Shown: positions 54,906 through 64,000 of the stretch, one piece after another
Layout of the letters: each line of letters starts with the position of its first letter
How positions within the stretch are numbered: position 1 is the first letter of the stretch
Sequence record: MT612988.1
Direction: 5' to 3' (one strand)
DNA: 64,000 nt
Notes under the pieces: generated by a model
Seen by the model: the letters and a program-made list of their open reading frames with translations, nothing else
What the model was told of the DNA's origin: nothing
Database searches by the model: none
Made by a program: the position numbers and the translations under genes

Positions 54906-57900
54906 ATGTCATTAATTGCATGGTACCCTTTACATAAAGATCTTAAAGACTGGAGTGGTAATGAAAACCACTTGAGTCTTTATAACGATAGCGGTGCAAT
55001 CGTAGATAGTCAAGGTAAATTGGGTATGTGTCAAGAGCGCACAGTTTACAATACTACTGACCATCTACGAAGTGAGCGCAAAGTTAATCTAAACAAAGAT
55101 TTCACGTTGGCTGCGTGGATCAGACCAATGGGGAATTATCATCTTTCAACTGCGAATGGTATAGTTACTCTGCATAGCCACTCCGACGACACAGGGCCCG
55201 GGTTGACGCTTAAATGTGATAGTGTCACTTCTGCTTTGTTGAGTTGTAATACAGGTAATGGTACGTCGCGAACATATCACACGTACTACGGTACGACTAA
55301 TATGCACTTGAAATGGCATCACTGTGTTATGAGATATGCTGATGGCGTCGTGACACTATGGGTTGATGGCGTAGTTGAGAGAACTTTCTCGTATGACATG
55401 GCATATCAAGAAGATTACATTGCTCTATTCGCATGGTCTACTACATACCTAGGTGCGAGTAATTATCGACCGACGTGTAAGCTGAATGATGTTCGAGTGT
55501 ATGACCACGCGCTTTCGACTGCTGAAATCAAAGAACTTGCACGTGGTCTTCAGGTGCATTATACATTTGACGATCTAGAACCGGGATTTGAAAACCGTAT
55601 TGTGAATAGCTCATTGTTAGGTGCAGTTCCGTTTGACCCGTTAGTGCATACAAACATCGGCTGGAATCCCGACTTGCATGAAGACGCGCTAATCGTACCG
55701 GGTTGGTCTAGTGGTTGGAACGGTGGCTCAGACCCCGACAATAATCGTATTCATGCACACTTTAAAGAGTTTCAAGGTGAAACTGTCGGGTATGCGAATA
55801 ACATTGATGGTGGTTGGCTTGGGTTAACACACACGACCCTTAATAATGAATTACTAGACCCTGGTTTAGAAACTGACCCGAATGGTTCGCCTAATGATCG
55901 TCGTATCGGTCGTAAGATGATTTTATCACTTGACGTTTATACTGAAGACGTTGGTAGTGGTATTCCGTATTGGGATATCGGATTATATCGACCAGTGATC
56001 GGCGGCAATCGTTCGTTTGCGAAGCGTATGTACGTAAGACCAACTCGCTCCAAAGCATGGGAACGAATTCAAGTTGAATTCGAAATCGACGCTCAATGGG
56101 ACTGGGAATCAAATTCAAGCGCGACTATTTACTTTTACGGGCATTACGGGCCGACAGGACCAAAATACTTCAAGAATGTTCAGCTTGAATTGATGACAGA
56201 TCGTGCAAATGATTATAAGGTATCAAATACTACGGGTCGTTTCATCAATCCTGCTCAGTATGATCTACACGATGCATCTGGGTTGAATCACGACGCTGAG
56301 TATATCATTCACCCCGACGTTGAGGCTAGGGATTACACTTCAGTTTCTTATTCTCATATGTCGATTAATAACACAAAACAGCCAGTAGTTTATAACGTTT
56401 TTGATGAAAGAGATATCAAACCATCTCCCGTAGGTCACACTGTATACTGGGCACCGGGTAGTGACGCAATATGGTATAGTTCTAATGGTTACGATATGAC
56501 TCAAGGCGAACCGGGAGCGTGGGTTGTTGACGGGTACGTTCCGCCAGAAGATAGCTTCACGTGGATGGCATGGATCAATAAACGAAATCAACGCGCTCGC
56601 GATTCAGTTCTAGTATCGTGTGGTGGTGGATGGGATACATCAAGTGGGTTTGAAATCGGCTATGGTTGGGGAGATTCGAACTACGCCGGGATTGCAGGTG
56701 AGCGTGTTGCATCTGGCGGTGCTGCTGGATTTCCTGGGTCTGTTAATGAATGGAGTCACTGTGCTCTAGTGTTCGATGGTGAAACTGGTATCACTAAATG
56801 GTACGTAAATGGCGTTGTGACTAAAACTCATAGCGGATCGCCTCGTGACATCGGTTTCGGTTTTGGATATCTTAAAGTTCTCAATACCGGTGCGTTTAGA
56901 AATTCTATTAGTGATGGGTTCTACGGTGGCGTTGCTGATTATAAGATTTATGCGAAAGCACTTGAACAATCTGAGATTCAAGAGTTAATGAACATCAAAA
57001 CAAGCATCGACAATAAAGGTCAGCTTAATAGCTCGCGTTTAGTCGAGGGTTGGGATGATTCTGCTGAAACTGAGATTCAAATTCGTTCGAGTTCTGAGTC
57101 ATTTGATGACGGTACAGCCACGTTCATTGATGGTGTTAAACAAGGAGCCATGTTATCAAGACGCGGGTTAAATTTCTGTATCTTTGATCATGGTATGAAT
57201 CTGCGTGGGTTTGGTAACCTCGACACTTATGCTGGTACTGTTGTATCTCAGTATTATGAATTTGACGGTGAGGTTTATGTATCAACCGGTGATGATGTAA
57301 CAGACGCACAAGACGCGCATAATTGGGTCAAACACGCCATTGATAAAATGGAAGATGGGTGGTTATTGAGTATTGCACGGTGTGATGCATCTTCAGCGCA
57401 AGATGGTACGCTAGATGAGTACTTCAAAACGTACTTCAGTGCAGATTATGCACCAAGTGAAATCATTACACGTGGTACATGGTCATTGATTGCTTTCAAG
57501 AATGGTCAGAAACTACTCGAAGAAAAGGAAGGTCGTCGATATAACGAACAAGGTGTTCGTATTAATTATACTCGTACGTCGTTTTTGCGTGGTAGCTTCA
57601 ATACTCCAAATGTCAACAAGGATGGTACAACGTATGCAGGTGTGTTTGATGAAGTAGGTAATACAGATTCGCTTTATGCATATCTTGATTTTACTGATGT
57701 AGAACCATTTGAAGACAAATCATTGTCGCGAACTTCGATAACACAGTTCAACAATCCAATGATTGATAAAGGCGGATTGTATACTGACGGTACGTTAGCT
57801 GCGAATGGTGGTGTATTCATCGACAACTCATTAGATGTAACATTCAGTGATGTTAATTGGGATACGAGTGAGTTCACTATGACTGTTTTGTGTACATCGT

Positions 57901-58364
57901 TATCGAATACGCAAGACGCTGAAGCATTGATTATGGCGAGCCGTGGGTTTCATACGGGTATCGTTGCAAACAATGGTCGCTATGACGCTCGCATTTCAGT
58001 ATCAGAAACATCGGGTGATCGATGGTATACGCTTGCAGGTTCTCCTCATACAATGAACGAAATGACTGTCATATCTCTAGTTAAAAAGGCTAAAGAGTTT
58101 AGATTGTATGTGAATGGTTCATTACTAGATACTGCGACACTAGATGATGATTTCATAGAATTTAAATCTGATCATGATATTTCATTCGGGTATAGTTCAT
58201 CAACGAGCGAAGATTTTCGATTTAATGGCGTGACTCATAAAGGCAAATTGCATACAAAGGCATTAAGTAATATTGAAATTGAGCGCGAACACAAGCTGTT
58301 TCTTGAGTCTGCGAGTTTCAATAAAAATGGTGCAGTGTCTGTGGTAGAACTGAGTGAATCATAA
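54906..58364 (+). CDS. large multi-LamG (concanavalin A-like) domain protein, probable tail/receptor-binding component
   Basis: LIAWYPL...D.SGN, FTLAAWI, WHHC...LWVDG, LNDVRVYDHALS; about three LamG repeats. Confidence 0.8.
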   Translation: MSLIAWYPLHKDLKDWSGNENHLSLYNDSGAIVDSQGKLGMCQERTVYNTTDHLRSERKVNLNKDFTLAAWIRPMGNYHLSTANGIVTLHSHSDDTGPGLTLKCDSVTSALLSCNTGNGTSRTYHTYYGTTNMHLKWHHCVMRYADGVVTLWVDGVVERTFSYDMAYQEDYIALFAWSTTYLGASNYRPTCKLNDVRVYDHALSTAEIKELARGLQVHYTFDDLEPGFENRIVNSSLLGAVPFDPLVHTNIGWNPDLHEDALIVPGWSSGWNGGSDPDNNRIHAHFKEFQGETVGYANNIDGGWLGLTHTTLNNELLDPGLETDPNGSPNDRRIGRKMILSLDVYTEDVGSGIPYWDIGLYRPVIGGNRSFAKRMYVRPTRSKAWERIQVEFEIDAQWDWESNSSATIYFYGHYGPTGPKYFKNVQLELMTDRANDYKVSNTTGRFINPAQYDLHDASGLNHDAEYIIHPDVEARDYTSVSYSHMSINNTKQPVVYNVFDERDIKPSPVGHTVYWAPGSDAIWYSSNGYDMTQGEPGAWVVDGYVPPEDSFTWMAWINKRNQRARDSVLVSCGGGWDTSSGFEIGYGWGDSNYAGIAGERVASGGAAGFPGSVNEWSHCALVFDGETGITKWYVNGVVTKTHSGSPRDIGFGFGYLKVLNTGAFRNSISDGFYGGVADYKIYAKALEQSEIQELMNIKTSIDNKGQLNSSRLVEGWDDSAETEIQIRSSSESFDDGTATFIDGVKQGAMLSRRGLNFCIFDHGMNLRGFGNLDTYAGTVVSQYYEFDGEVYVSTGDDVTDAQDAHNWVKHAIDKMEDGWLLSIARCDASSAQDGTLDEYFKTYFSADYAPSEIITRGTWSLIAFKNGQKLLEEKEGRRYNEQGVRINYTRTSFLRGSFNTPNVNKDGTTYAGVFDEVGNTDSLYAYLDFTDVEPFEDKSLSRTSITQFNNPMIDKGGLYTDGTLAANGGVFIDNSLDVTFSDVNWDTSEFTMTVLCTSLSNTQDAEALIMASRGFHTGIVANNGRYDARISVSETSGDRWYTLAGSPHTMNEMTVISLVKKAKEFRLYVNGSLLDTATLDDDFIEFKSDHDISFGYSSSTSEDFRFNGVTHKGKLHTKALSNIEIEREHKLFLESASFNKNGAVSVVELSES

Positions 58365-58394
58365 ATATTATAAAACAACTAATAGGAATATGAA

Positions 58395-60125
58395 ATGGCA
58401 AAATTAGGTCCTACTAACGTTTTCGGTACATTGAATGTATCGTCAACAGCTAAGGTTGGGAGTCTAGTTGTTGATACTGAGCTTTTTGCACAAAACACGC
58501 AAAAGGTGTTTCATGATGCCTATCACCCAAATGCAGATAAATGGACTACCGCTCGTACGTTGAATTTAAGCGGCGACGCGAGTGGTAGCGTCTCTTGGGA
58601 TGGTAGTTCAGATGTTACATTGAATGTCACAGTGGCAGACGACTCACATACACACGAAACGCAATACATTAGTAAAACTCAATCATACAATAATAATATT
58701 CTAGCCGGGGCAATTGGTGGTCAAGACGGAAAACCTTTACTACAAGTTATCGGAAATGATGCGTATTTAGGATCGACTGGGCGAGCGGGATTGCAACTCG
58801 CGTCAAGCGTCAATCCTGAGTGGATTAGCAGTGCTGGTACATATAAGCTATTCAATGACGCTTATCACCCAAATGCAGATAAATGGACTACCGCTCGTAC
58901 GTTGACATTGAGTGGGGATTTGAGTGGGTCAGTTTCTATTGATGGTAGTTCTAACGTAACGTTATCAGCCTCAGTTGCTAATGACTCACATACCCACGAT
59001 GGTAGATATTATACTGAATCTGAAGCAGACTCTAGGTTTGCAAATGTATCAGGTGATACGTTCACTGGCGACGTTTATATAAACGCTGCATTGATGATGA
59101 GGGTAGGTACAACTCCTGCTATACAGCGAGCTGATGCTAGAGTCGATGATACCAATTACTCTAGATTGCATTGGTATGGTCGAAATAATACTGGGGCGAC
59201 TAGCAACTTTCGACATGCTTGGTATGATGGGTCTGATTACATTAATGTCAGTGCATCATCTAGTAGCGTGAACTTCGATAGAGTTAGTGGAACTGCAATC
59301 ATGCGACTTCAAGGGAATCGCGTATTTGCTGACAATTATCATCCAAATGCAGATCGATGGACTACGTCTCGTACACTAACCTTGAATGGCGATGCAAGTG
59401 GATCAGTTTCAATTAACGGTAGTTCTAATGTAACATTAACAGTTGCTGTTGCCAACGATTCTCATACGCATGATGGTCGTTATTACACAGAATCTGAATC
59501 CAATTCGAGATACGTGTATAAATCTGGCGATACGATGACCGGCGAATTGAAACTAAAGGCAGGTTCGCACGCAGGCGCGTCGATTAAAGCATTGGACGGT
59601 GGAGTCAATGGTACGAACTTGATTATAACGTCAGGTGGTAACACCGTAATTGCATCGGGTGAGACGACCGCTGCAAATGCAGTATTGTCGGGAAATACAA
59701 GCGAAGATCTTCATGTTGGTTCCGATGGTACGATATACATGTACACTAATGCTCAATCATGGGGTAGTCGCAAAACGTTCACATTATCTACGGGTGGTAA
59801 TTTCACTGCGCCGGGCAATATCACTGCGTATTCTGATATAAGAATCAAAACTGATATTAAGCGCATTGTTAACCCTCTTGAAAAGATTGACATGCTGAAT
59901 GGTTATACGTATGAGCGTACTGACATAGACACACCGCGTCAAACTGGTGTAATTGCTCAAGAAGTAATTGAAGTTCTACCAGAAGCAGTCGTTGAGCAAA
60001 ACAACATGTATTCTGTTTCATACGGGAACATGGTTGGTTTGTTGATCGAAGGTATCAAGGAAGAGAAGAGAAAACGCGAAGATCTTGAAAAACGACTTGA
60101 AAAACTAGAAAAACTACTTAATTAA
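58395..60125 (+). CDS. tail fibre protein with C-terminal intramolecular chaperone (peptidase S74)
   Basis: YSDIRIKTDI...GVIAQEV..VLPEAV...SVSYGNMVGLLIEGIKE; three YHPNADKWTTART repeats. Confidence 0.9.
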   Translation: MAKLGPTNVFGTLNVSSTAKVGSLVVDTELFAQNTQKVFHDAYHPNADKWTTARTLNLSGDASGSVSWDGSSDVTLNVTVADDSHTHETQYISKTQSYNNNILAGAIGGQDGKPLLQVIGNDAYLGSTGRAGLQLASSVNPEWISSAGTYKLFNDAYHPNADKWTTARTLTLSGDLSGSVSIDGSSNVTLSASVANDSHTHDGRYYTESEADSRFANVSGDTFTGDVYINAALMMRVGTTPAIQRADARVDDTNYSRLHWYGRNNTGATSNFRHAWYDGSDYINVSASSSSVNFDRVSGTAIMRLQGNRVFADNYHPNADRWTTSRTLTLNGDASGSVSINGSSNVTLTVAVANDSHTHDGRYYTESESNSRYVYKSGDTMTGELKLKAGSHAGASIKALDGGVNGTNLIITSGGNTVIASGETTAANAVLSGNTSEDLHVGSDGTIYMYTNAQSWGSRKTFTLSTGGNFTAPGNITAYSDIRIKTDIKRIVNPLEKIDMLNGYTYERTDIDTPRQTGVIAQEVIEVLPEAVVEQNNMYSVSYGNMVGLLIEGIKEEKRKREDLEKRLEKLEKLLN

Positions 60126-60129
60126 AAGG

Positions 60130-60150
60130 GCTCCTTCGGGAGCTTTTTTT
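60130..60150 (+). terminator. intrinsic terminator
   Basis: GCTCC-TTCG-GGAGC followed by T7. Confidence 0.88.
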
Positions 60151-60195
60151 ATACATGATAAATAAATGATAAAACGTACTCAATGAGAGAATAAC

Positions 60196-63100
60196 ATGGC
60201 AGAACTAAGATCAACTACCGCAATTGGTGGTAACATAGTTTGGCACGGAGGGAATCTTCGCTTTGACCCGCAAGGCGAGACAATTCGCTACCAAGGCCAC
60301 AAAATTTATACAGAACATGATACACCACTACCAGGCGAATTAGGTAACGGTGGGCCGACTTCTGCATTCACGAAAGCTGAATCTGATGATCGTTTTGCTC
60401 CGATTGCTGTCGGCGGCTACGTGAAGAAAACCGGCGATACAATGTCAGGTAAATTGACAAACACGGCAAACGAAATTGAGATCAACGGGGCATCGCCACG
60501 TCTGTTGTTGCGCGACAACGACAACTCAAAAAACTGGTACATTATGAACTCGACTGATAGTTTCAGTATTCGAGAAAATGATGTAGTCACTACTCGCTTC
60601 AGAATTGATGCTACTGCTGCCGACTTTTCTGTTGATAGTATTGATATCAACATGAAAACAGCATTGCGTGGGTTTGATGATTGGTTGAGAATCAATGATC
60701 AGAATGAGTTTGCGTCTGGGGTTTATTACGGAAGCTCTCTATTACGTACAGACGGAACGTTGCAAATCGGCAACAATGGTTCAACTCTGAGTGTAAACGG
60801 CTCTGCGTTCACGTATGAAGGTAATAACGTCTTCACTGAAGCATATCACCCAAATGCGGACAAATGGACATCTGCACGCACTCTTACAACGACTCTAACG
60901 GGCGATGTAAGCGGTTCTGCGTCTATGACTATTGATGGATCGGCTAATGCGACCGTGACTGTTACAGCGACTGTAGCGAACGATTCACACACACATGACG
61001 GTAGGTACTACACTGAAGCTGAATCTGATGCGCGATTTGCAAATGTTACAGGCGATACATTTACGGGAAACGTTGCGATCAGCAAAGCAGGTGCGCGTTT
61101 AAGCTTCAACGAGACTCTATATGCAACCGAAAACTCAGGTATTAACTGGATTACGGGTGCGAATCAGAATCTGGAATTAATTCATGAGATTAGTGATGTT
61201 GACATCAACACTGATGGTGGTAACGGTCAAGCGTTGATCATTCGTGATAATGGTTCAACTGCATCGGTTGCAGGTCTTGAAGTACAAGGTGAAATTTTCG
61301 CGAAAGTTAATCAGCGTGTGTTTCACGATGCTTATCACCCAAATGCTGATAAGTGGACTACTGCTCGTACAATCACACTAGGCGGTGATTTAACAGGTTC
61401 GGTTTCAATTGATGGTACTTCAAACGTCACGTTGAATGCATCTGTCCCGTCACTATCAAACTATCCGACATTTGCTGAAGTTGGTATACGCGCAGATCAG
61501 CCGAATTACTTAGCAACTGGTCGAACAATGTCAGGTGTTGATACTACAGTTGATTGGGATACGTTGACACAAGGTGGTTTCTACTACAAGTTATCACAAG
61601 GTACAAATAGACCAAGTGGCTTTACTGGTTACTGGTATGTTCAGAACATGACATATGGTTCAACTTCGAATACTACTCAAGTTGCATACCCTTACGGTCT
61701 AGCTGGAAATACCGGTACAATGGCGATGCGTACTCGTTATAGTGAAGTATGGGAAGACTGGGTATACATGTACCATACAGATTACCACCCATATGCAGAC
61801 AAATGGACAACTGCACGTTCATTATCTCTTGGTAATGAATTGAGTGGTTCGGTGTCTATTGATGGTAGTTCGAATGTTACTCTAAACGCATCGGTTGACC
61901 ATATCGACAACGTATTGAACATCAATCGCGTTGGCGAATCTAACCCGTCTATTCTGTTGAACAATGATACAGGGGAAACTCGTGGTAACATTTACTGGAA
62001 TCGCGTTGATGGATCGTTACAATTCAGACTAAACGGATCTGATGGAACTACGGCTGAAAACATAATATCAATGTACTCAGATCGTACAGTGTTTACTGAT
62101 CAAATTCATACAAGTACATTGTTAAATGATGCAAACACTGAACAAGGATTGTTAATGTTCAGTGGCGGTACTACTCGCTTGGGTGGTAGTGGTGCAAGTG
62201 CTATGTATTTCTGTCCGCTTGGTGTTAATTCAAACGCGTCGAGTGATTTTGCAGCATCGCTCAACACGTCTGGTGTAATGTCATTGAATGCATCATCATC
62301 GACGCCGCTTTCTGTACATCGAGTTGAAGAGTCTTCAGTCCCGAACGTTAATATTCGATTCCAAGGAAAGAGTACTGACGGAAATGCACTAGGTGAGGCG
62401 TGGTATGCAGGTTCGTTCACTAACGGGGCCGGGTTTGGTATTGGTACAAATGCAGACTTATCCACAGCATCGAATCGATTGTTCGAAGTTGGTGGCGCAG
62501 GAGCAGTTGTGCGCAGAGAAGGTTCTGGTGCAACGAGTCTGACAGTTCAAGGTACTGACCCGTTCTTGTTGTTTGACCAAACAGATATTGGCAAATCTGG
62601 TTACATTGGGATGGACGGTTCGGGTGTTGATTCGCTTTATGTTCGTACCCCGGACGATTCTACAAGACGCAGTATTTACCATGAATCGAATAAACCAACT
62701 GCGAATGATGTAGTCAATAACGTAATCAGTCTAGATGGTTTAGATGCTACTAAGTTCTATCCAGTTGTTTTTGATGCAAACAATACTGCTGGTTATACGT
62801 GTGAATTTACACTGTCTGTTGGTTCAGGACAAGGCAGCTCACCATATAACAACAACACTATAACTGGTGTTGCACGTGGCGGCGGTTGGTCAGATCACAA
62901 TGCATATTATGACTTGATTGTGCAGAAGTATGTTGATTCAGAAACAAACATACATTCAATATGGGAAGGGACTCAGGGATTCACGGGTGTTGTTATCTAC
63001 GTTCGCGGTGGTCAGAGTATAAATCTGCGTAGTAACTCTCGCGCTCAAGTGTATACTTCAGACTACTCATTCGGTGGGTCGGTTTTCCCTGCGGGGATTT

Positions 63101-64000
63101 CAAATCCATTGGGTGCTGCAACTAATGCTACTATGTTTGCGTACTTCTCACAGTCTGGTAGATATACATCAAGTTCAGCGACTCGTTACAAGCTGAATAC
63201 AGGGGAGATGAATTTAGCGTCTGGTTCAAATCACGGTTTGTTTAAAATTGAAACTGATGCGAACTACGATTCTATAATTCGAATGTCAGAAGATGGGGCT
63301 GCTCATGGTGGGTTTATTCACTATCTAGGGGCTACGACCAATGAATTTAAAATTGGTACACGTCAGAGTGATGTAGATACTACTGCACTGACAATCCCTC
63401 GTGGTACTTCTAATGTGTTCGTTGGCGGGAATCTGTATGCTAACGGTGGTACAGTTCAGTTGGCATCGAAGATTAACTTGACTTATGATTCGACTAGAGT
63501 GTTAACTGTTTACAACGGTAATAATAGTAAATCTGCATGGTTCGGTTGTCGTAATTCGTCATATGCTCACATGGAGACTAATGCAACTAATGGGTTCTAT
63601 TCATACAGTAAATTCAACTTCGGCTCGGATGTTGATGTATTATTAAACAAAGACCTTCGATTAGGTGGAAAGAGGGCTTTCAGGAACAATGAAGGCGCGT
63701 GGTTGAGATTGAACCCATATGCTGATTTCAGCTCTGGTATTTATTGTGGTAGTTCATTGCTACGTACAGATGGTCAAATCACTTCAGGTTCGTGGTCTGG
63801 CTCGAATAAATCAGCTAGAGTTGCTAGTAACTTTTACGACTCTACGTGGGCGGGTAACGGTACTGCTGCATTCAGTGTAAACAACCCAGATACGGCTGGT
63901 GCTCACTGGGCATTTGCTTCTTTCTACAACGGTAGTAACATTCGTTCGGGTATTCAGATTCTATCGAACTCTGATGGTCGTATGCGATTCTATACTAACC
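60196..64000 (+). CDS. long tail fibre protein (partial, runs off window)
   Basis: ATG 60196 with GAGAG RBS; MAELRSTTAIGG...; frame checked at several points up to the edge; three YHP.ADKWT.AR repeats. Confidence 0.88.
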   Translation, partial: MAELRSTTAIGGNIVWHGGNLRFDPQGETIRYQGHKIYTEHDTPLPGELGNGGPTSAFTKAESDDRFAPIAVGGYVKKTGDTMSGKLTNTANEIEINGASPRLLLRDNDNSKNWYIMNSTDSFSIRENDVVTTRFRIDATAADFSVDSIDINMKTALRGFDDWLRINDQNEFASGVYYGSSLLRTDGTLQIGNNGSTLSVNGSAFTYEGNNVFTEAYHPNADKWTSARTLTTTLTGDVSGSASMTIDGSANATVTVTATVANDSHTHDGRYYTEAESDARFANVTGDTFTGNVAISKAGARLSFNETLYATENSGINWITGANQNLELIHEISDVDINTDGGNGQALIIRDNGSTASVAGLEVQGEIFAKVNQRVFHDAYHPNADKWTTARTITLGGDLTGSVSIDGTSNVTLNASVPSLSNYPTFAEVGIRADQPNYLATGRTMSGVDTTVDWDTLTQGGFYYKLSQGTNRPSGFTGYWYVQNMTYGSTSNTTQVAYPYGLAGNTGTMAMRTRYSEVWEDWVYMYHTDYHPYADKWTTARSLSLGNELSGSVSIDGSSNVTLNASVDHIDNVLNINRVGESNPSILLNNDTGETRGNIYWNRVDGSLQFRLNGSDGTTAENIISMYSDRTVFTDQIHTSTLLNDANTEQGLLMFSGGTTRLGGSGASAMYFCPLGVNSNASSDFAASLNTSGVMSLNASSSTPLSVHRVEESSVPNVNIRFQGKSTDGNALGEAWYAGSFTNGAGFGIGTNADLSTASNRLFEVGGAGAVVRREGSGATSLTVQGTDPFLLFDQTDIGKSGYIGMDGSGVDSLYVRTPDDSTRRSIYHESNKPTANDVVNNVISLDGLDATKFYPVVFDANNTAGYTCEFTLSVGSGQGSSPYNNNTITGVARGGGWSDHNAYYDLIVQKYVDSETNIHSIWEGTQGFTGVVIYVRGGQSINLRSNSRAQVYTSDYSFGGSVFPAGISNPLGAATNATMFAYFSQSGRYTSSSATRYKLNTGEMNLASGSNHGLFKIETDANYDSIIRMSEDGAAHGGFIHYLGATTNEFKIGTRQSDVDTTALTIPRGTSNVFVGGNLYANGGTVQLASKINLTYDSTRVLTVYNGNNSKSAWFGCRNSSYAHMETNATNGFYSYSKFNFGSDVDVLLNKDLRLGGKRAFRNNEGAWLRLNPYADFSSGIYCGSSLLRTDGQITSGSWSGSNKSARVASNFYDSTWAGNGTAAFSVNNPDTAGAHWAFASFYNGSNIRSGIQILSNSDGRMRFYTN

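Noticed and set aside
60417-62682. Minus-strand track ORFs in the last 4 kb
   Set aside because: They are antisense to a long + strand tail-fibre frame (60196 to the edge) that the track missed because it has no stop in the window.

Overview
This window is part of a large T4-like (Straboviridae) myophage genome. Gene order and content suggest a KVP40/Schizotequatrovirus-like vibriophage, but that is an inference and no search was run. Positions 1-39.3 kb hold the late structural cluster: gp20 (partial), 19, 18, 17, 16, 15, 14, 13, wac, two gp12 paralogues, 11, 10, 9, 8, 7, 6, 25, PAAR/5.4, 5, a 27-like hub, 53, 48, 4, 2, 54, 26, 51, a 29-like tape measure, 3, 1, 57A and 57B/Acb1. An early-promoter SPFH cassette is inserted on the opposite strand within it. 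Positions 39.3-49.2 kb are a tRNA island with 29 canonical tRNAs covering all 20 amino acids, many non-canonical structured RNAs, and small ORFs, four of which look like capsid-targeted internal proteins. Positions 49.8-53.3 kb hold an RNA-repair-like gene group: a cyclic-phosphate receiver domain, a TROVE/vWA (Ro60-like) protein and an RNase H-fold protein. Positions 53.3-64 kb are a tail-fibre cluster. The most striking observation is a recurring RNA module, a short helix followed 1-5 nt later by C(A/U)GCAA, seen about 12 times. It appears inserted into five tRNA bodies (three at the identical 28/29 position), in a circularly permuted YrlA-like tRNA mimic, in free-standing stem RNAs, and across the RBS/AUG of the Ro60-like gene itself. 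This points to a phage Ro60-like RNP regulon with autoregulation. Independent highlights are a covarying tandem pseudoknot pair resembling a type III antitoxin mimic, a 240-nt tmRNA-shaped RNA, and a duplicated 9-nt-period TTAG element.
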